A stretch of DNA of 64,000 bases. Source: Patescibacteria group bacterium (GTDB taxonomy: Bacteria; Patescibacteriota; CPR2; UBA1875; CAIMLA01). The notes beneath the pieces were generated by a model. The model worked only from the letters and a program-made list of their open reading frames with translations, had not been told where the DNA came from and ran no database searches. Shown here piece after piece: positions 17,552 through 26,163 of the stretch (its first letter is position 1; every line of letters starts with the position of its first letter). The stretch covers positions 129,203-193,202 of the forward strand of contig JBGSPL010000004.1 of NCBI GenBank assembly GCA_041738615.1. The letters are read 5' to 3'. The position numbers and the translations under genes are program-made.

Positions 17552-19372
17552 ATGAATATTCGTAATATCGCAATTATTGCCCACGTTGACCATGGCAAGA
17601 CTACGCTTGTGGATGGCTTCCTGAAGCAGACTAAGCTTTTCCGTGAAAACGAGGCTCTCATGAGTCAGTCACTGATCATGGACTCTGGAGATCAGGAACA
17701 TGAACGTGGCATCACCATTACCGCCAAGAATACGGCAGTTGTATACAACGAGATCAAAATCAACATCGTCGATACCCCTGGTCATGCTGACTTTGGTGGT
17801 GAGGTAGAACGAACGCTAAACATGGCCGATGGCGCTATCTTAGTTGTTGATGCCCAGGAAGGCCCGATGCCTCAGACGAAGTTTGTTTTGCGTAAGGCAC
17901 TAGAGCTTGGACTCAAGATGATTGTGGTCATAAACAAGATAGATAAACGCGATGCTCGTGTAGGCTACGTTATCGACAAGATTCATGACTTATTCCTAGA
18001 CATGGCCACCGATATGGACCAGCTCGAGTTTCCTATCTACTATGCGATTGCCAAAGAGGGTAAATCCTGGGCCGAAATGCCAAAGGATTTCTCAGAAGAT
18101 GCAGACCTCTCACCGATTTTTGAAGCAATCGTAAAGTACATTCCCGCACCAGACGCAGACAAGAATAAGCCTTTCCAGATGCTCGTGACCACACTAGAGC
18201 GCGACAGCTACCAGGGTAAGTACGCCATCGGGCGTATCACTCGTGGCTTCGCCAAGCCTGGGATGTCGCTAGTACTTATTGATCGTGACGGCAATCCCGA
18301 GACAGTTCGGGCCGAAAAGGTATTTGTAAGCCAGGGACTCAAAAAGGTCGAAGTTGCTACCGCAGAGCCGGGAGATATCGTAGCTCTTACTGGGATCAAG
18401 AACGCTCATATTGGTGACACGCTTGCTGATCCAGCGATGCCAGACGCTCTTCCAACTATCGAGATTGAGGAGCCTACGCTAAAGATGTCACTCGCAGTAA
18501 ATACCTCTCCTTTTGCCGGCAAAGAAGGCAAATTTGTGACTTCACGTCAGATCTTAGATCGCATCAATCGTGAGCTCGAAACCAATGTTTCGCTCAAGAT
18601 GGAGCTAGGACTTGATGCAGACTTTATCCTTTCTGGACGTGGCGAGCTGCACCTCTCGGTATTTATCGAGACACTGCGTCGTGAAGGCTTCGAGATTCAG
18701 GTTGGGAAACCACAGGTTATTATCAAAGAAGTGAACGGCGTCAAGATGGAGCCTGTAGAGGAACTTACCGTTGACGTTGGTACGGAATATGTTGGCGGTG
18801 TTACTGGTGAAGTTGGCCGACGTAAGGGTAACCTGATCCAGCAGATAGAGAATGCCGATGGCACCACTCGTTTGATGTTCGAAATTTCTACACGTGGTAT
18901 TCTCGGCCTCCGCAATCAACTGCTTACACTTTCCCGTGGCACTGCCATTATGAACTCACTATTTAAAGAATTTATTCCATATACTGGCTCGATCCCTCGT
19001 CTGAGGAACGGTGTACTTATCGCCTCCGATACGGGTAAGGCTGTTACTTATGGCCTAAACATCGCCGAGGGTCGCGGTACGATCTTTGTAGCGCCACAAA
19101 CCCAGGTTTACGCTGGTATGATCATCGGGCTTAACACCCGAGCCGAAGACATTGAGATCAATGTTTGCAAGGAAAAGAAGCTTACCAATACTCGTGCCAG
19201 TGGCTCTGATGATACAGTTTCGCTGACCCCAGCTACAATCTTTAGCCTAGAGCAGTCACTCGATTTCCTAGAGGATGATGAACTCCTGGAGGTTACGCCA
19301 GTAAGTCTAAGACTCCGTAAGAAGTTCCTAGATCCAAACGTGCGCAATCGAATGCGAAAACAAAAAGCCTAA
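17552..19372 (+). CDS. typA: Translational GTPase TypA/BipA
   Basis: NIAIIAHVDHGKTTLVD, DTPGHADF and NKID G-motifs. The 606 aa length and C-terminal domain are typical of BipA. Confidence 0.88.
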   Translation: MNIRNIAIIAHVDHGKTTLVDGFLKQTKLFRENEALMSQSLIMDSGDQEHERGITITAKNTAVVYNEIKINIVDTPGHADFGGEVERTLNMADGAILVVDAQEGPMPQTKFVLRKALELGLKMIVVINKIDKRDARVGYVIDKIHDLFLDMATDMDQLEFPIYYAIAKEGKSWAEMPKDFSEDADLSPIFEAIVKYIPAPDADKNKPFQMLVTTLERDSYQGKYAIGRITRGFAKPGMSLVLIDRDGNPETVRAEKVFVSQGLKKVEVATAEPGDIVALTGIKNAHIGDTLADPAMPDALPTIEIEEPTLKMSLAVNTSPFAGKEGKFVTSRQILDRINRELETNVSLKMELGLDADFILSGRGELHLSVFIETLRREGFEIQVGKPQVIIKEVNGVKMEPVEELTVDVGTEYVGGVTGEVGRRKGNLIQQIENADGTTRLMFEISTRGILGLRNQLLTLSRGTAIMNSLFKEFIPYTGSIPRLRNGVLIASDTGKAVTYGLNIAEGRGTIFVAPQTQVYAGMIIGLNTRAEDIEINVCKEKKLTNTRASGSDDTVSLTPATIFSLEQSLDFLEDDELLEVTPVSLRLRKKFLDPNVRNRMRKQKA

Positions 19373-19376
19373 CAAA

Positions 19377-19398
19377 AGCCCCCGCTCGGGGGCTTTTT
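19377..19398 (+). terminator. Intrinsic terminator after typA
   Basis: Hairpin GCCCCC-GCTC-GGGGGC followed by TTTTT. Confidence 0.7.
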
Positions 19399-19420
19399 AC
19401 ATCGCAGAAAATGAAAATGA

Positions 19421-19449
19421 TTGAAAACATTCTCGAACGGCGATATAAT
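19421..19449 (+). promoter_or_regulatory. Consensus promoter TTGAAA-17-TATAAT opening GC-rich island C
   Basis: The sequence ttgaaaacattctcgaacggcgatataat was read directly. Confidence 0.55.
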
Positions 19450-19503
19450 GACCGAGCCAAAAGGAAATCTGCAGCTTATGCTGCCTGACCCGAAGGAGTA
19501 CAA

Positions 19504-19779
19504 ATGGGAGTTCCGGTAGTAATGCCGGAAGGTGAATTGCAGCAGTGGATGATGACAACCGCTTGCATCGATCCTGTCACTGGTGGGATTCACCTTCGTA
19601 GGCTCGACCCGGTCTACGTCGAGGTTGACTTCGACAAGCAGGTCGGGTTCACCCAGTTCGGCGGGGAACTCAAGCTGTTCCCGTTAGACGATGGCGTGCC
19701 CAGGCCTCAGCTCGTTGTTACCGACCAGGTACTGGTCGATGGAGACGGGAATTGGGGTATCTATCCGAAGCATGAGTAA
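19504..19779 (+). CDS. Hypothetical small protein (91 aa, soluble, GC-rich codon usage), island C gene 1
   Basis: An AAGGAG SD lies 8 nt upstream of the ATG. The product is Asp/Val/Gly-rich. Confidence 0.5.
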   Translation: MGVPVVMPEGELQQWMMTTACIDPVTGGIHLRRLDPVYVEVDFDKQVGFTQFGGELKLFPLDDGVPRPQLVVTDQVLVDGDGNWGIYPKHE

Positions 19780-19791
19780 GGAGGTGGTCTC

Positions 19792-20064
19792 TTGGCTACC
19801 TTGATGGGTCGTTACCTCGGTAATGTAGAACTTACCGAGGGTGAGCGGCATAAGGTGGAAGAGGCAACAACGCAGAGTTGCCCTGGTCTTGCCGTCTCGG
19901 AGGCGGGCGCCACTGTGATACTGGAACACGAGGATCGTGTCGAGGTAGTTGCGACACCGGAGTGCTACATGCTCTTTGAGCCTCTCCCTGCGCAGGAGGT
20001 TTGCGTTCTTCCCGGAAACCATGTGCGAGTACTGACCAATGGTTCGTGGTTCTTGGACCACTAG
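19792..20064 (+). CDS. Hypothetical small protein (90 aa), island C gene 2
   Basis: TTG start with an AAGGAGG SD 8 nt upstream. Translationally coupled to gene 1 (12 nt gap). Confidence 0.45.
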   Translation: MATLMGRYLGNVELTEGERHKVEEATTQSCPGLAVSEAGATVILEHEDRVEVVATPECYMLFEPLPAQEVCVLPGNHVRVLTNGSWFLDH

Positions 20065-20098
20065 CCCAACCAAGCCCCCTGTGGCCGACCGAAGCGTC

Positions 20099-20117
20099 GC
20101 CCCGCGCGGGGCTTTTG
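20099..20117 (+). terminator. Intrinsic terminator closing island C
   Basis: GC stem-loop followed by a TTTT run. Confidence 0.55.
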
Positions 20118-20173
20118 TCGTTCTATTAGAGCCCTGCAGGGTGTAAAATATAGCCATAATAAAGGAGAATATT

Positions 20174-20704
20174 ATGTCAGAAACATCACATCCTATTATG
20201 CGCGACCTTATGACTCATGTATTACAAGTCCTATATATGCTCTTTCTTGGGATTGTGATAGCTGCCCTGTTTGGCCTTGGCGTGGATAATTTTTACCCAG
20301 CACCAAAGGCGCCAGAATATCCGACTATTTTGCAGAATCAGCAGTACAAAACAGTGCCGACCACCGCGCAGACAGAGGCAGAGCTCGCAGCACAGAAACA
20401 ATATGACAGTGCCCAAAAACAGTACACGGAGGACATGAAACCCTACACCAGGAATGTTTCGATAATCGTAATGGTATTAGCGGTGCTAGCCCTCGCTGTA
20501 TCTCTTACAGTCCTATCACGGTGGGAGATTCTCGCTAATGGTTTTCTGCTCGGCGGTGTCTTCTCGATGGCATATAGCATCATCCAGGGAATGATATCAG
20601 AGGACACGAAATTCCGATTTCTTGTCATCTGTCTCGCAGCCCTAGTGACGTTGGTCCTTGGGTACGTGAAATTTGTCCGTCCAGGTGAGAAACAAAGTAA
20701 TTAG
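20174..20704 (+). CDS. Hypothetical membrane protein (4 TM)
   Basis: AAAGGAG SD, 176 aa, hydrophobic segments. Confidence 0.5.
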   Translation: MSETSHPIMRDLMTHVLQVLYMLFLGIVIAALFGLGVDNFYPAPKAPEYPTILQNQQYKTVPTTAQTEAELAAQKQYDSAQKQYTEDMKPYTRNVSIIVMVLAVLALAVSLTVLSRWEILANGFLLGGVFSMAYSIIQGMISEDTKFRFLVICLAALVTLVLGYVKFVRPGEKQSN

Positions 20705-20718
20705 TAACAAGGATAGCT

Positions 20719-20976
20719 ATGGATATCGAAGACGAAATCAGCCAAATTCATGTACGAAATGCACGGGTGGAGGCAGAGAAGGCCTGGGAAACCAGTGCCT
20801 TCCGCATAATCCTGGTTTGTTTTATGACTTACTCAGTCACAGCAATTGTTTTCGCGATTATCGGCGTGCGCGATTTTCTTCTGAATGCCCTTATTCCCAC
20901 GTTAGGATTTTTTGTATCGACCCTGAGCCTCCCGTCTCTTCGAAAATGGTGGATAGATAGGAAACTTGGGAAATGA
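20719..20976 (+). CDS. Hypothetical small 2-TM membrane protein
   Basis: 85 aa. It overlaps the next gene by 4 nt. Confidence 0.45.
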   Translation: MDIEDEISQIHVRNARVEAEKAWETSAFRIILVCFMTYSVTAIVFAIIGVRDFLLNALIPTLGFFVSTLSLPSLRKWWIDRKLGK

Positions 20977-21338
20977 ACGCAGAAAAAGTCATTGAAAAGC
21001 TGAAATCAGAATACCCGGGGAAAAACATTGTTCAGAATTCACCAGAGGAACCAACTGAAATCGTTTGTGAGATAGACCCAGAGAGAGGTGTAGCAGTAGC
21101 TGTTATCGACCGGTCCGAGCCGCATCATCATGATAAAATCGCGGAAAGTTATAAAATCCTTTCTGGATCACTTGCTTTATATATTGATGGCAGCGAGAAA
21201 GAACTGGAAGTGGGCGACGAATTTGAGGTTTATCCGGGTGAAGTGCACTTTGCGCTAGGTGATGAAACCTGGGTCGAAGTCACATCGACTCCGCCTTGGT
21301 CAGCTAATGACCATATATTGGAAGGAATTTCAGCATGA
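20973..21338 (+). CDS. Cupin-domain protein
   Basis: 121 aa with a His-cluster before a G-x5-Y/F-x-G-E-x-H-type motif (YPGEVHFALGDETWVEV). Confidence 0.5.
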   Translation: MNAEKVIEKLKSEYPGKNIVQNSPEEPTEIVCEIDPERGVAVAVIDRSEPHHHDKIAESYKILSGSLALYIDGSEKELEVGDEFEVYPGEVHFALGDETWVEVTSTPPWSANDHILEGISA

Positions 21339-21868
21339 AAAAAGCTATCATTATACACGGCTGGGAAAGTAGTCCTGAAGAGCATTGGTATCAAGAAGAG
21401 AAGGCCTTACTGGAAGGTAGGGGATATGAAGTTTGCGTACCCTTGATGCCAGGAGGCTCATATCCTATTGAAGATGAGTGGGTCAGAGTAACAGCTGGCT
21501 ATAATCCAGACAAGGAGACTGTTTTGATCGGCCACTCTTTGGGTGCACCTACGATACTCAGATACCTAGAAAAGGCGGAAAGTCCCGTCGGAAAGGTGTT
21601 TTTAGTGGCTGGTTTTGCCTCTCCATTACAACTAGATTACCCAAACGAGGAGTATCCTCGAAAATTTGTCGAAAGGCCATTCGATTGGGGTAAAATCCGT
21701 AACAATGCAGAAGAATTTTGGGTTATCAATCAGGATCATGACCAGTGGGTTCCGTTTGCGAAAGGCCGTGAAATTTCCGGAAATGTGGCTGGGAACCTTA
21801 CCCAAGTGGAAGGAACCGACCATTTCGATAAGATGAACCTCAATTTGATAAACGAAAGGCTGAGATGA
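21335..21868 (+). CDS. RBBP9/YdeN-like serine hydrolase (alpha/beta hydrolase), copy 1
   Basis: IIIHGWESSPEEHW N-terminus, a GHSLG nucleophile elbow and a C-terminal HF/DH motif. Confidence 0.65.
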   Translation: MKKAIIIHGWESSPEEHWYQEEKALLEGRGYEVCVPLMPGGSYPIEDEWVRVTAGYNPDKETVLIGHSLGAPTILRYLEKAESPVGKVFLVAGFASPLQLDYPNEEYPRKFVERPFDWGKIRNNAEEFWVINQDHDQWVPFAKGREISGNVAGNLTQVEGTDHFDKMNLNLINERLR

Positions 21869-22524
21869 AACTACTACTAGCATCACAGGGTATCACGAAT
21901 AAAAGTCTCGAGAAGGCCTTCTTTGGCCTGGTGGGTAAAAAGTCCGAGGAGTTAATAGTTGCTTATGTACCAACTGCGGTTTATGGTGCTTCGAGTGTCA
22001 ATAAGTCTTGGATGGTGGATAATCTTATCTCTTTACGTACGATGGGCATCGGTAAAATCGACATTGTGGACCCTCTTGCCATGCCGAAGGAAATGTGGAT
22101 GCCCAGATTTGAACGTGCAGACGTTATCTTTGTCGAGGGCGGTTCGCCTGCTTGGGCCTATGAATCGTTCGAACAAACGGGTTTTCTAGATGTTTTGCCA
22201 GATTTGCTAAAGTCGAAGGTTTATGTGGGTTGTAGTACTGGTTCTATGATTCTCGGTGAAAAAGTATTCTCCAGTAAAAAAACGGAATTTCCAAATAGTA
22301 CAACCGGGCTCAACATTTTTTCCGGCCTTGGACTAGTAAACTTTAGCATTCGTCCTCATATATACAGACCTGATAAGGCCGACATTACCCTAGAGATGAT
22401 TGCTGATATCGCGAAAAAGCACCAAACTAAATACTATGGGATAGATGATGATACGGCTATTTTAATCGATGGTGAAAAGTTTGAGATTATCTCAGAGGGT
22501 AAGTGGAAAGAGTTTGAAAAATGA
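21865..22524 (+). CDS. Peptidase S51 (PepE/cyanophycinase-like, class I glutamine amidotransferase-like fold), copy 1
   Basis: MKLLLASQGI...VYVGCSTGSMI. The length and spacing of the Ser and His match the S51 family. Confidence 0.6.
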   Translation: MKLLLASQGITNKSLEKAFFGLVGKKSEELIVAYVPTAVYGASSVNKSWMVDNLISLRTMGIGKIDIVDPLAMPKEMWMPRFERADVIFVEGGSPAWAYESFEQTGFLDVLPDLLKSKVYVGCSTGSMILGEKVFSSKKTEFPNSTTGLNIFSGLGLVNFSIRPHIYRPDKADITLEMIADIAKKHQTKYYGIDDDTAILIDGEKFEIISEGKWKEFEK

Positions 22525-23174
22525 AATTGCTCCTGACATCAGCAGGCATTAGCAATAAATCCATAGAGCAAGCGTTCTATGCCTTACTAGACAAACCCGT
22601 TAGTGAGACGAAGGTGGCCTACATCCCGACGGCGGCAAACGTAGAGATGGACGACAAGAGCTGGTTGATAAATGATTATGCCAATCTAAACGGACGTGGG
22701 TTCGCCCAGATTGATATCGTGGATATCTCCGCGATACCGCAGAAGCTTTGGCAGCCACGCCTGGAAAAGGCTCACGTGCTCTTTTTTGGGGGTGGGAACA
22801 CCTTCCATTTGAAGTATTGGATTGAAAAGTCCGGGCTACAAAAACACCTGCCGGAATTATTGAAGACACGAGTTTGGGCAGGCATAAGCGCTGGGAGTAT
22901 GGTGGCAGGCAGGAGCCTTGCGAGTAAGAACGATCAGATATTTGCCGAAGATATGGGAGAAGTTGCGAATACCAGGGGCTTGGGGTATGTGGATTTCAGC
23001 TTGAAGCCTCATTATCATTCAGCATACTTTCCTGGCGTAAATGATGAAAACTTGGCGAAGGCAGCCACAGACCTAGACACCAAGCTCTATGCCCTGGACG
23101 ATCAGTCGGCAATAGTAGTAAATGGCGACAAGTTTGAAGTAGTGTCTGAAGGTCAGTGGAAGGAGTTTAACTAG
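22521..23174 (+). CDS. Peptidase S51, copy 2 (tandem paralog)
   Basis: MKLLLTSAGISNKSIEQAF...GISAGSMV. It is colinear with copy 1. Confidence 0.6.
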   Translation: MKLLLTSAGISNKSIEQAFYALLDKPVSETKVAYIPTAANVEMDDKSWLINDYANLNGRGFAQIDIVDISAIPQKLWQPRLEKAHVLFFGGGNTFHLKYWIEKSGLQKHLPELLKTRVWAGISAGSMVAGRSLASKNDQIFAEDMGEVANTRGLGYVDFSLKPHYHSAYFPGVNDENLAKAATDLDTKLYALDDQSAIVVNGDKFEVVSEGQWKEFN

Positions 23175-23175
23175 G

Positions 23176-23766
23176 ATGAAACGAGCGCTAATTATTCATG
23201 GTTGGACTGCGAATCCACAGATGCACTGGTTTCCCGATATGATTAACTACTTGGAAACACTGGGTTACCAAGTAGAAGCTCCACTCATGCCGATGCGGTT
23301 TACGCCAACAGAGAAGACCTGGGTAAGTGTCATAGAGGACTTTGCTCCTGATGAGCACTCGATACTTATAGGACATTCGCTAGGTAGTACAACAATTCTT
23401 GAGTATTTAGAGACTAGTGGCCAGAAAGTAAAAAAAGTTTTGCTTACGGGCGCCCCGATAAGGCATAGCGAGCAACTACATCTTACCGAACCCCGCACAT
23501 TCAAACTTTACGCCCAGTCTGTCGGGATAGAGTGTCTTCTTGACGCTTGTGGTTATGACGAAATATATGATTGGGAACAAATAAGACAGAAAGCCGACAG
23601 CTTTTCTCTAATATATAAAAGAGACGATAGGCTCGTGCCGTTAGATGATGGTAAGGTCTTAGCAAAACATTTGAATGCCAACTTGCACGTTCTTTCCGGT
23701 TATGATCACTGTGATTATATTGATCCGGCGACTCTTAAGAGGGCTTTGCTGGAAGGCACAGCATGA
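23176..23766 (+). CDS. RBBP9/YdeN-like serine hydrolase, copy 2
   Basis: LIIHGWTANPQMHW...GHSLG...GYDHCD. It is a paralog of the 21335-21868 gene. Confidence 0.65.
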   Translation: MKRALIIHGWTANPQMHWFPDMINYLETLGYQVEAPLMPMRFTPTEKTWVSVIEDFAPDEHSILIGHSLGSTTILEYLETSGQKVKKVLLTGAPIRHSEQLHLTEPRTFKLYAQSVGIECLLDACGYDEIYDWEQIRQKADSFSLIYKRDDRLVPLDDGKVLAKHLNANLHVLSGYDHCDYIDPATLKRALLEGTA

Positions 23767-24215
23767 TTGTTGATTACTCAGATTTGTCTACTTTAGCTAC
23801 GGGAAAAGTTACTTTTGTAATCGGTACCTTCGACATCCTTCATGTCGGTCATATCCATTTTCTGGAGGAAGCCAAAAAAGCTGGCAACGGAAACAAGCTC
23901 CTCGTGGGTATTGTTCCTGATAAAATAGTTCGCGAGCGCAAGGGTGTCGGGCGGCCGTTAAACTACGCTGTGGAGCGTGCCGAGCTGGTAAACGCGCTTA
24001 GCTTGGTAGATTATGTCTTCGTTGCCCCCGAGTTACCGATTGGAGAAATTGCAACGCAGGTGATCCAAACCGTACATCCCGAGTTTGCGGTGGCGAGCCG
24101 AGAAGACTGGGAACATCGTACCGAGGACTGGAACACAGAGGGGACCAAACTAATTTTGATTGGCAAAATTCCTGAACGTTCGACTACAATAATTGTTCAA
24201 AAGATAAGGGAATAG
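23763..24215 (+). CDS. Cytidylyltransferase-like nucleotidyltransferase (HxGH family; TagD/RibL/NMNAT-like)
   Basis: GTFDILHVGHIHFL is the (T/H)xGH signature. The 150 aa size fits this family. Confidence 0.6.
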   Translation: MIVDYSDLSTLATGKVTFVIGTFDILHVGHIHFLEEAKKAGNGNKLLVGIVPDKIVRERKGVGRPLNYAVERAELVNALSLVDYVFVAPELPIGEIATQVIQTVHPEFAVASREDWEHRTEDWNTEGTKLILIGKIPERSTTIIVQKIRE

Positions 24216-24216
24216 T

Positions 24217-24666
24217 ATGGCATTGATGGATGTATTAGACGAGTCGGGGGCTGTCACAGGGGTCACGAAAACGAAGGCAGAAATACACGAACAAGGGCTA
24301 TGGCATCGCTCGGCTCATGTTTGGGTTTATGACTCTGCCGGGAATATCCTACTGCAGCTTCGCGCAAAGGATAAGGATAGTAGCCCTGGACTATGGGATA
24401 TCTCGGCTGCAGGGCATGTGGATGCAGGTGAGACGCCTGAATTCGCGGCATCAAGAGAGATTGCAGAGGAGATCGGGATTTCTGTCAAAGAGGATAACCT
24501 GACGAAAGTGTGGGAGAGAAGGGAATCGAGCTACGATCCAGCAAATGGCTGGACCAATAATCAAATTAGCTGTGAGTATGTTTTGCGCTACGACGGTGAA
24601 CATTCCTCTTTGGTTTTCAACCAGAAGAAATTGACGAACTTAGATGGCTCAGCGTCGGGGAACTAA
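24217..24666 (+). pseudogene. Nudix hydrolase with an apparent frameshift near 24600; the authentic C-terminus continues in another frame to about 24770
   Basis: Nudix box GHVDAGETPEFAASREIAEEIGI. After about 24600 the frame-0 translation degenerates (LVFNQKKLTNLDGSASGN-stop), while the shifted frame gives a typical Nudix C-terminus PEEIDELRWLSVGELKNELANHE... ending TGA at 24768-24770. Confidence 0.6.
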
Positions 24667-24766
24667 AAAATGAACTTGCCAACCATGAGACTAAAACAAA
24701 ATACGTTGACCATGGGGACGGTTACTACGAGAGAATCATTTCAGAGATAGAGAAGGCACTTTGTTC

Positions 24767-25471
24767 ATGAAGTATGCAGAGGTAATGCAGCAGCTCGAAT
24801 CGCTAGCCAGCCATGATCCAAAGGACTTGGCCGGAATGGCACGGTTTGGAATAAACGTCGATAAAGCCTGGGTGATTAGTATCCCGAAGTTACGAATATT
24901 GGCAAAAGAAGTTGGGAAGGATCATCAACTCGCTCTTAAGGTCTGGGATTCCGGAATTCATGAAGCAAAGATCCTGGCGGGGTTCATTGACGATCCGAAG
25001 CTGGTTACGGCGGAACAGATGGAGAAATGGGCTCTAGATTTCGATTCCTGGGATGTGACGGACATGATTTGCGGTAACCTCTTTGACCGGACAGAGAATG
25101 CAGTGCAGAAGGCGATAGAGTGGTCCACGCGAGAGGAGACGTTTGTAAAGAGGGCAGGTTTTGTAATCATGGCCGGTCTCGCTGTTCATGACAAAAAGAT
25201 GGCAGATAAGCAATTCGTCGAGTTTTTAGAGACTATAAAGTGTGAATCAGGAGATAATCGCAATTTTGTCCGTAAGGCAGTGAACTGGGCTCTTCGCGCC
25301 ATTGGGAAGAGCAGGAATCGGTATCTCTATGAAAAGACCTTATCAACAGCCAGAGAAATACTGCAATCTAGCCAAGGCTGGAGCGATGAAGAAAAGAAGG
25401 CGGCTCGATTTATCGCCGGTGACGCCCTCCGAGAACTAGAAAAAGAATACATTCGTAAGCGTTTTCTCTAG
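24767..25471 (+). CDS. DNA alkylation repair enzyme (AlkD/AlkC-like HEAT-like repeat glycosylase family)
   Basis: 235 aa all-helical protein matching the DNA_alkylation (AlkD-like) family. The ORF opens with TTG at 24761, but ATG 24767 is preferred. Confidence 0.55.
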   Translation: MKYAEVMQQLESLASHDPKDLAGMARFGINVDKAWVISIPKLRILAKEVGKDHQLALKVWDSGIHEAKILAGFIDDPKLVTAEQMEKWALDFDSWDVTDMICGNLFDRTENAVQKAIEWSTREETFVKRAGFVIMAGLAVHDKKMADKQFVEFLETIKCESGDNRNFVRKAVNWALRAIGKSRNRYLYEKTLSTAREILQSSQGWSDEEKKAARFIAGDALRELEKEYIRKRFL

Positions 25472-25493
25472 AAAGAACTCTCTACATAAAAAG

Positions 25494-25524
25494 CAGAAAG
25501 GGAGACGCGCGGTCTCGCTTTCTG
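25494..25524. terminator. Bidirectional terminator hairpin between the AlkD-like gene and the island D gene
   Basis: CAGAAAGGGAGAC-GCGCG-GTCTCGCTTTCTG, a 12-13 bp stem, with an A-run upstream and a T-run on the minus-strand side. Confidence 0.6.
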
Positions 25525-25547
25525 TAAAGCAATGACGCAAGTCTCCC

Positions 25548-25961
25548 TTACCAGGATCGTCTCTGGTGACTATCACGGGACATCCCGCGGGTAGCCTGGT
25601 TTGCGGCAGCGAAAGAGGTGTTAATGCGCCGGGTGTGATCGTGTGCCTCCTGTTCTCTTTCGGCGCGCCAAGTGGCTCGTACTTTAGCGAACCTGTTTTG
25701 GCTGACATAGGTCTGGAGCTCCTCTTGAATTTCCTCACTCATTCTCTTGCGCAGTTCTATATCGACCAAATAGCGGGTGCCGTTACGGCTGAGTGGTGCA
25801 TCGGACCACTTGCTATGGTCACTCAGGGCGCGCAAGACTGGGTCTGGCAGACCAGCATTATTCTTCTGTACCAAGCCATGAGAGCCATGAAACAGAAGGC
25901 AGAGAGCCAGGGCCAAGCGAAGCTCGGGGTCTTCGGTGGAGCGAACAATCTTCGGTACCAT
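25548..25961 (-). CDS. Hypothetical protein (138 aa, basic C-terminus) in GC-rich island D
   Basis: A GAGGAG SD lies 7 nt upstream of the ATG at 25961 (MVPKIVRSTEDPEL...). The ORF extends to 26015 but has no SD there. Confidence 0.5.
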   Translation of the reverse strand: MVPKIVRSTEDPELRLALALCLLFHGSHGLVQKNNAGLPDPVLRALSDHSKWSDAPLSRNGTRYLVDIELRKRMSEEIQEELQTYVSQNRFAKVRATWRAEREQEAHDHTRRINTSFAAANQATRGMSRDSHQRRSW

Positions 25962-26005
25962 CCCTGGGCTCCTCTCGATATTGTCGGGTTTTGGGACGTG
26001 CGAGG

Positions 26006-26034
26006 ATTTTAACACAGAAATGTGTTTTCTTCAA
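26006..26034 (-). promoter_or_regulatory. Consensus promoter TTGAAG-17-TAAAAT for the island D gene
   Basis: The minus strand reads ttgaagaaaacacatttctgtgttaaaat. Confidence 0.55.
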
Positions 26035-26163
26035 TCGAAAGATGGTTTTTGTTGCGATCTTGCAAAAAAGATTTGACGGCAATTTCCAGGGGGGCTAAAA
26101 TAATTGTAGTAAATGAGGTGGTGGTCCCAATATTTGGGACCTTTTAAGAGATAGAAGGGAGTC

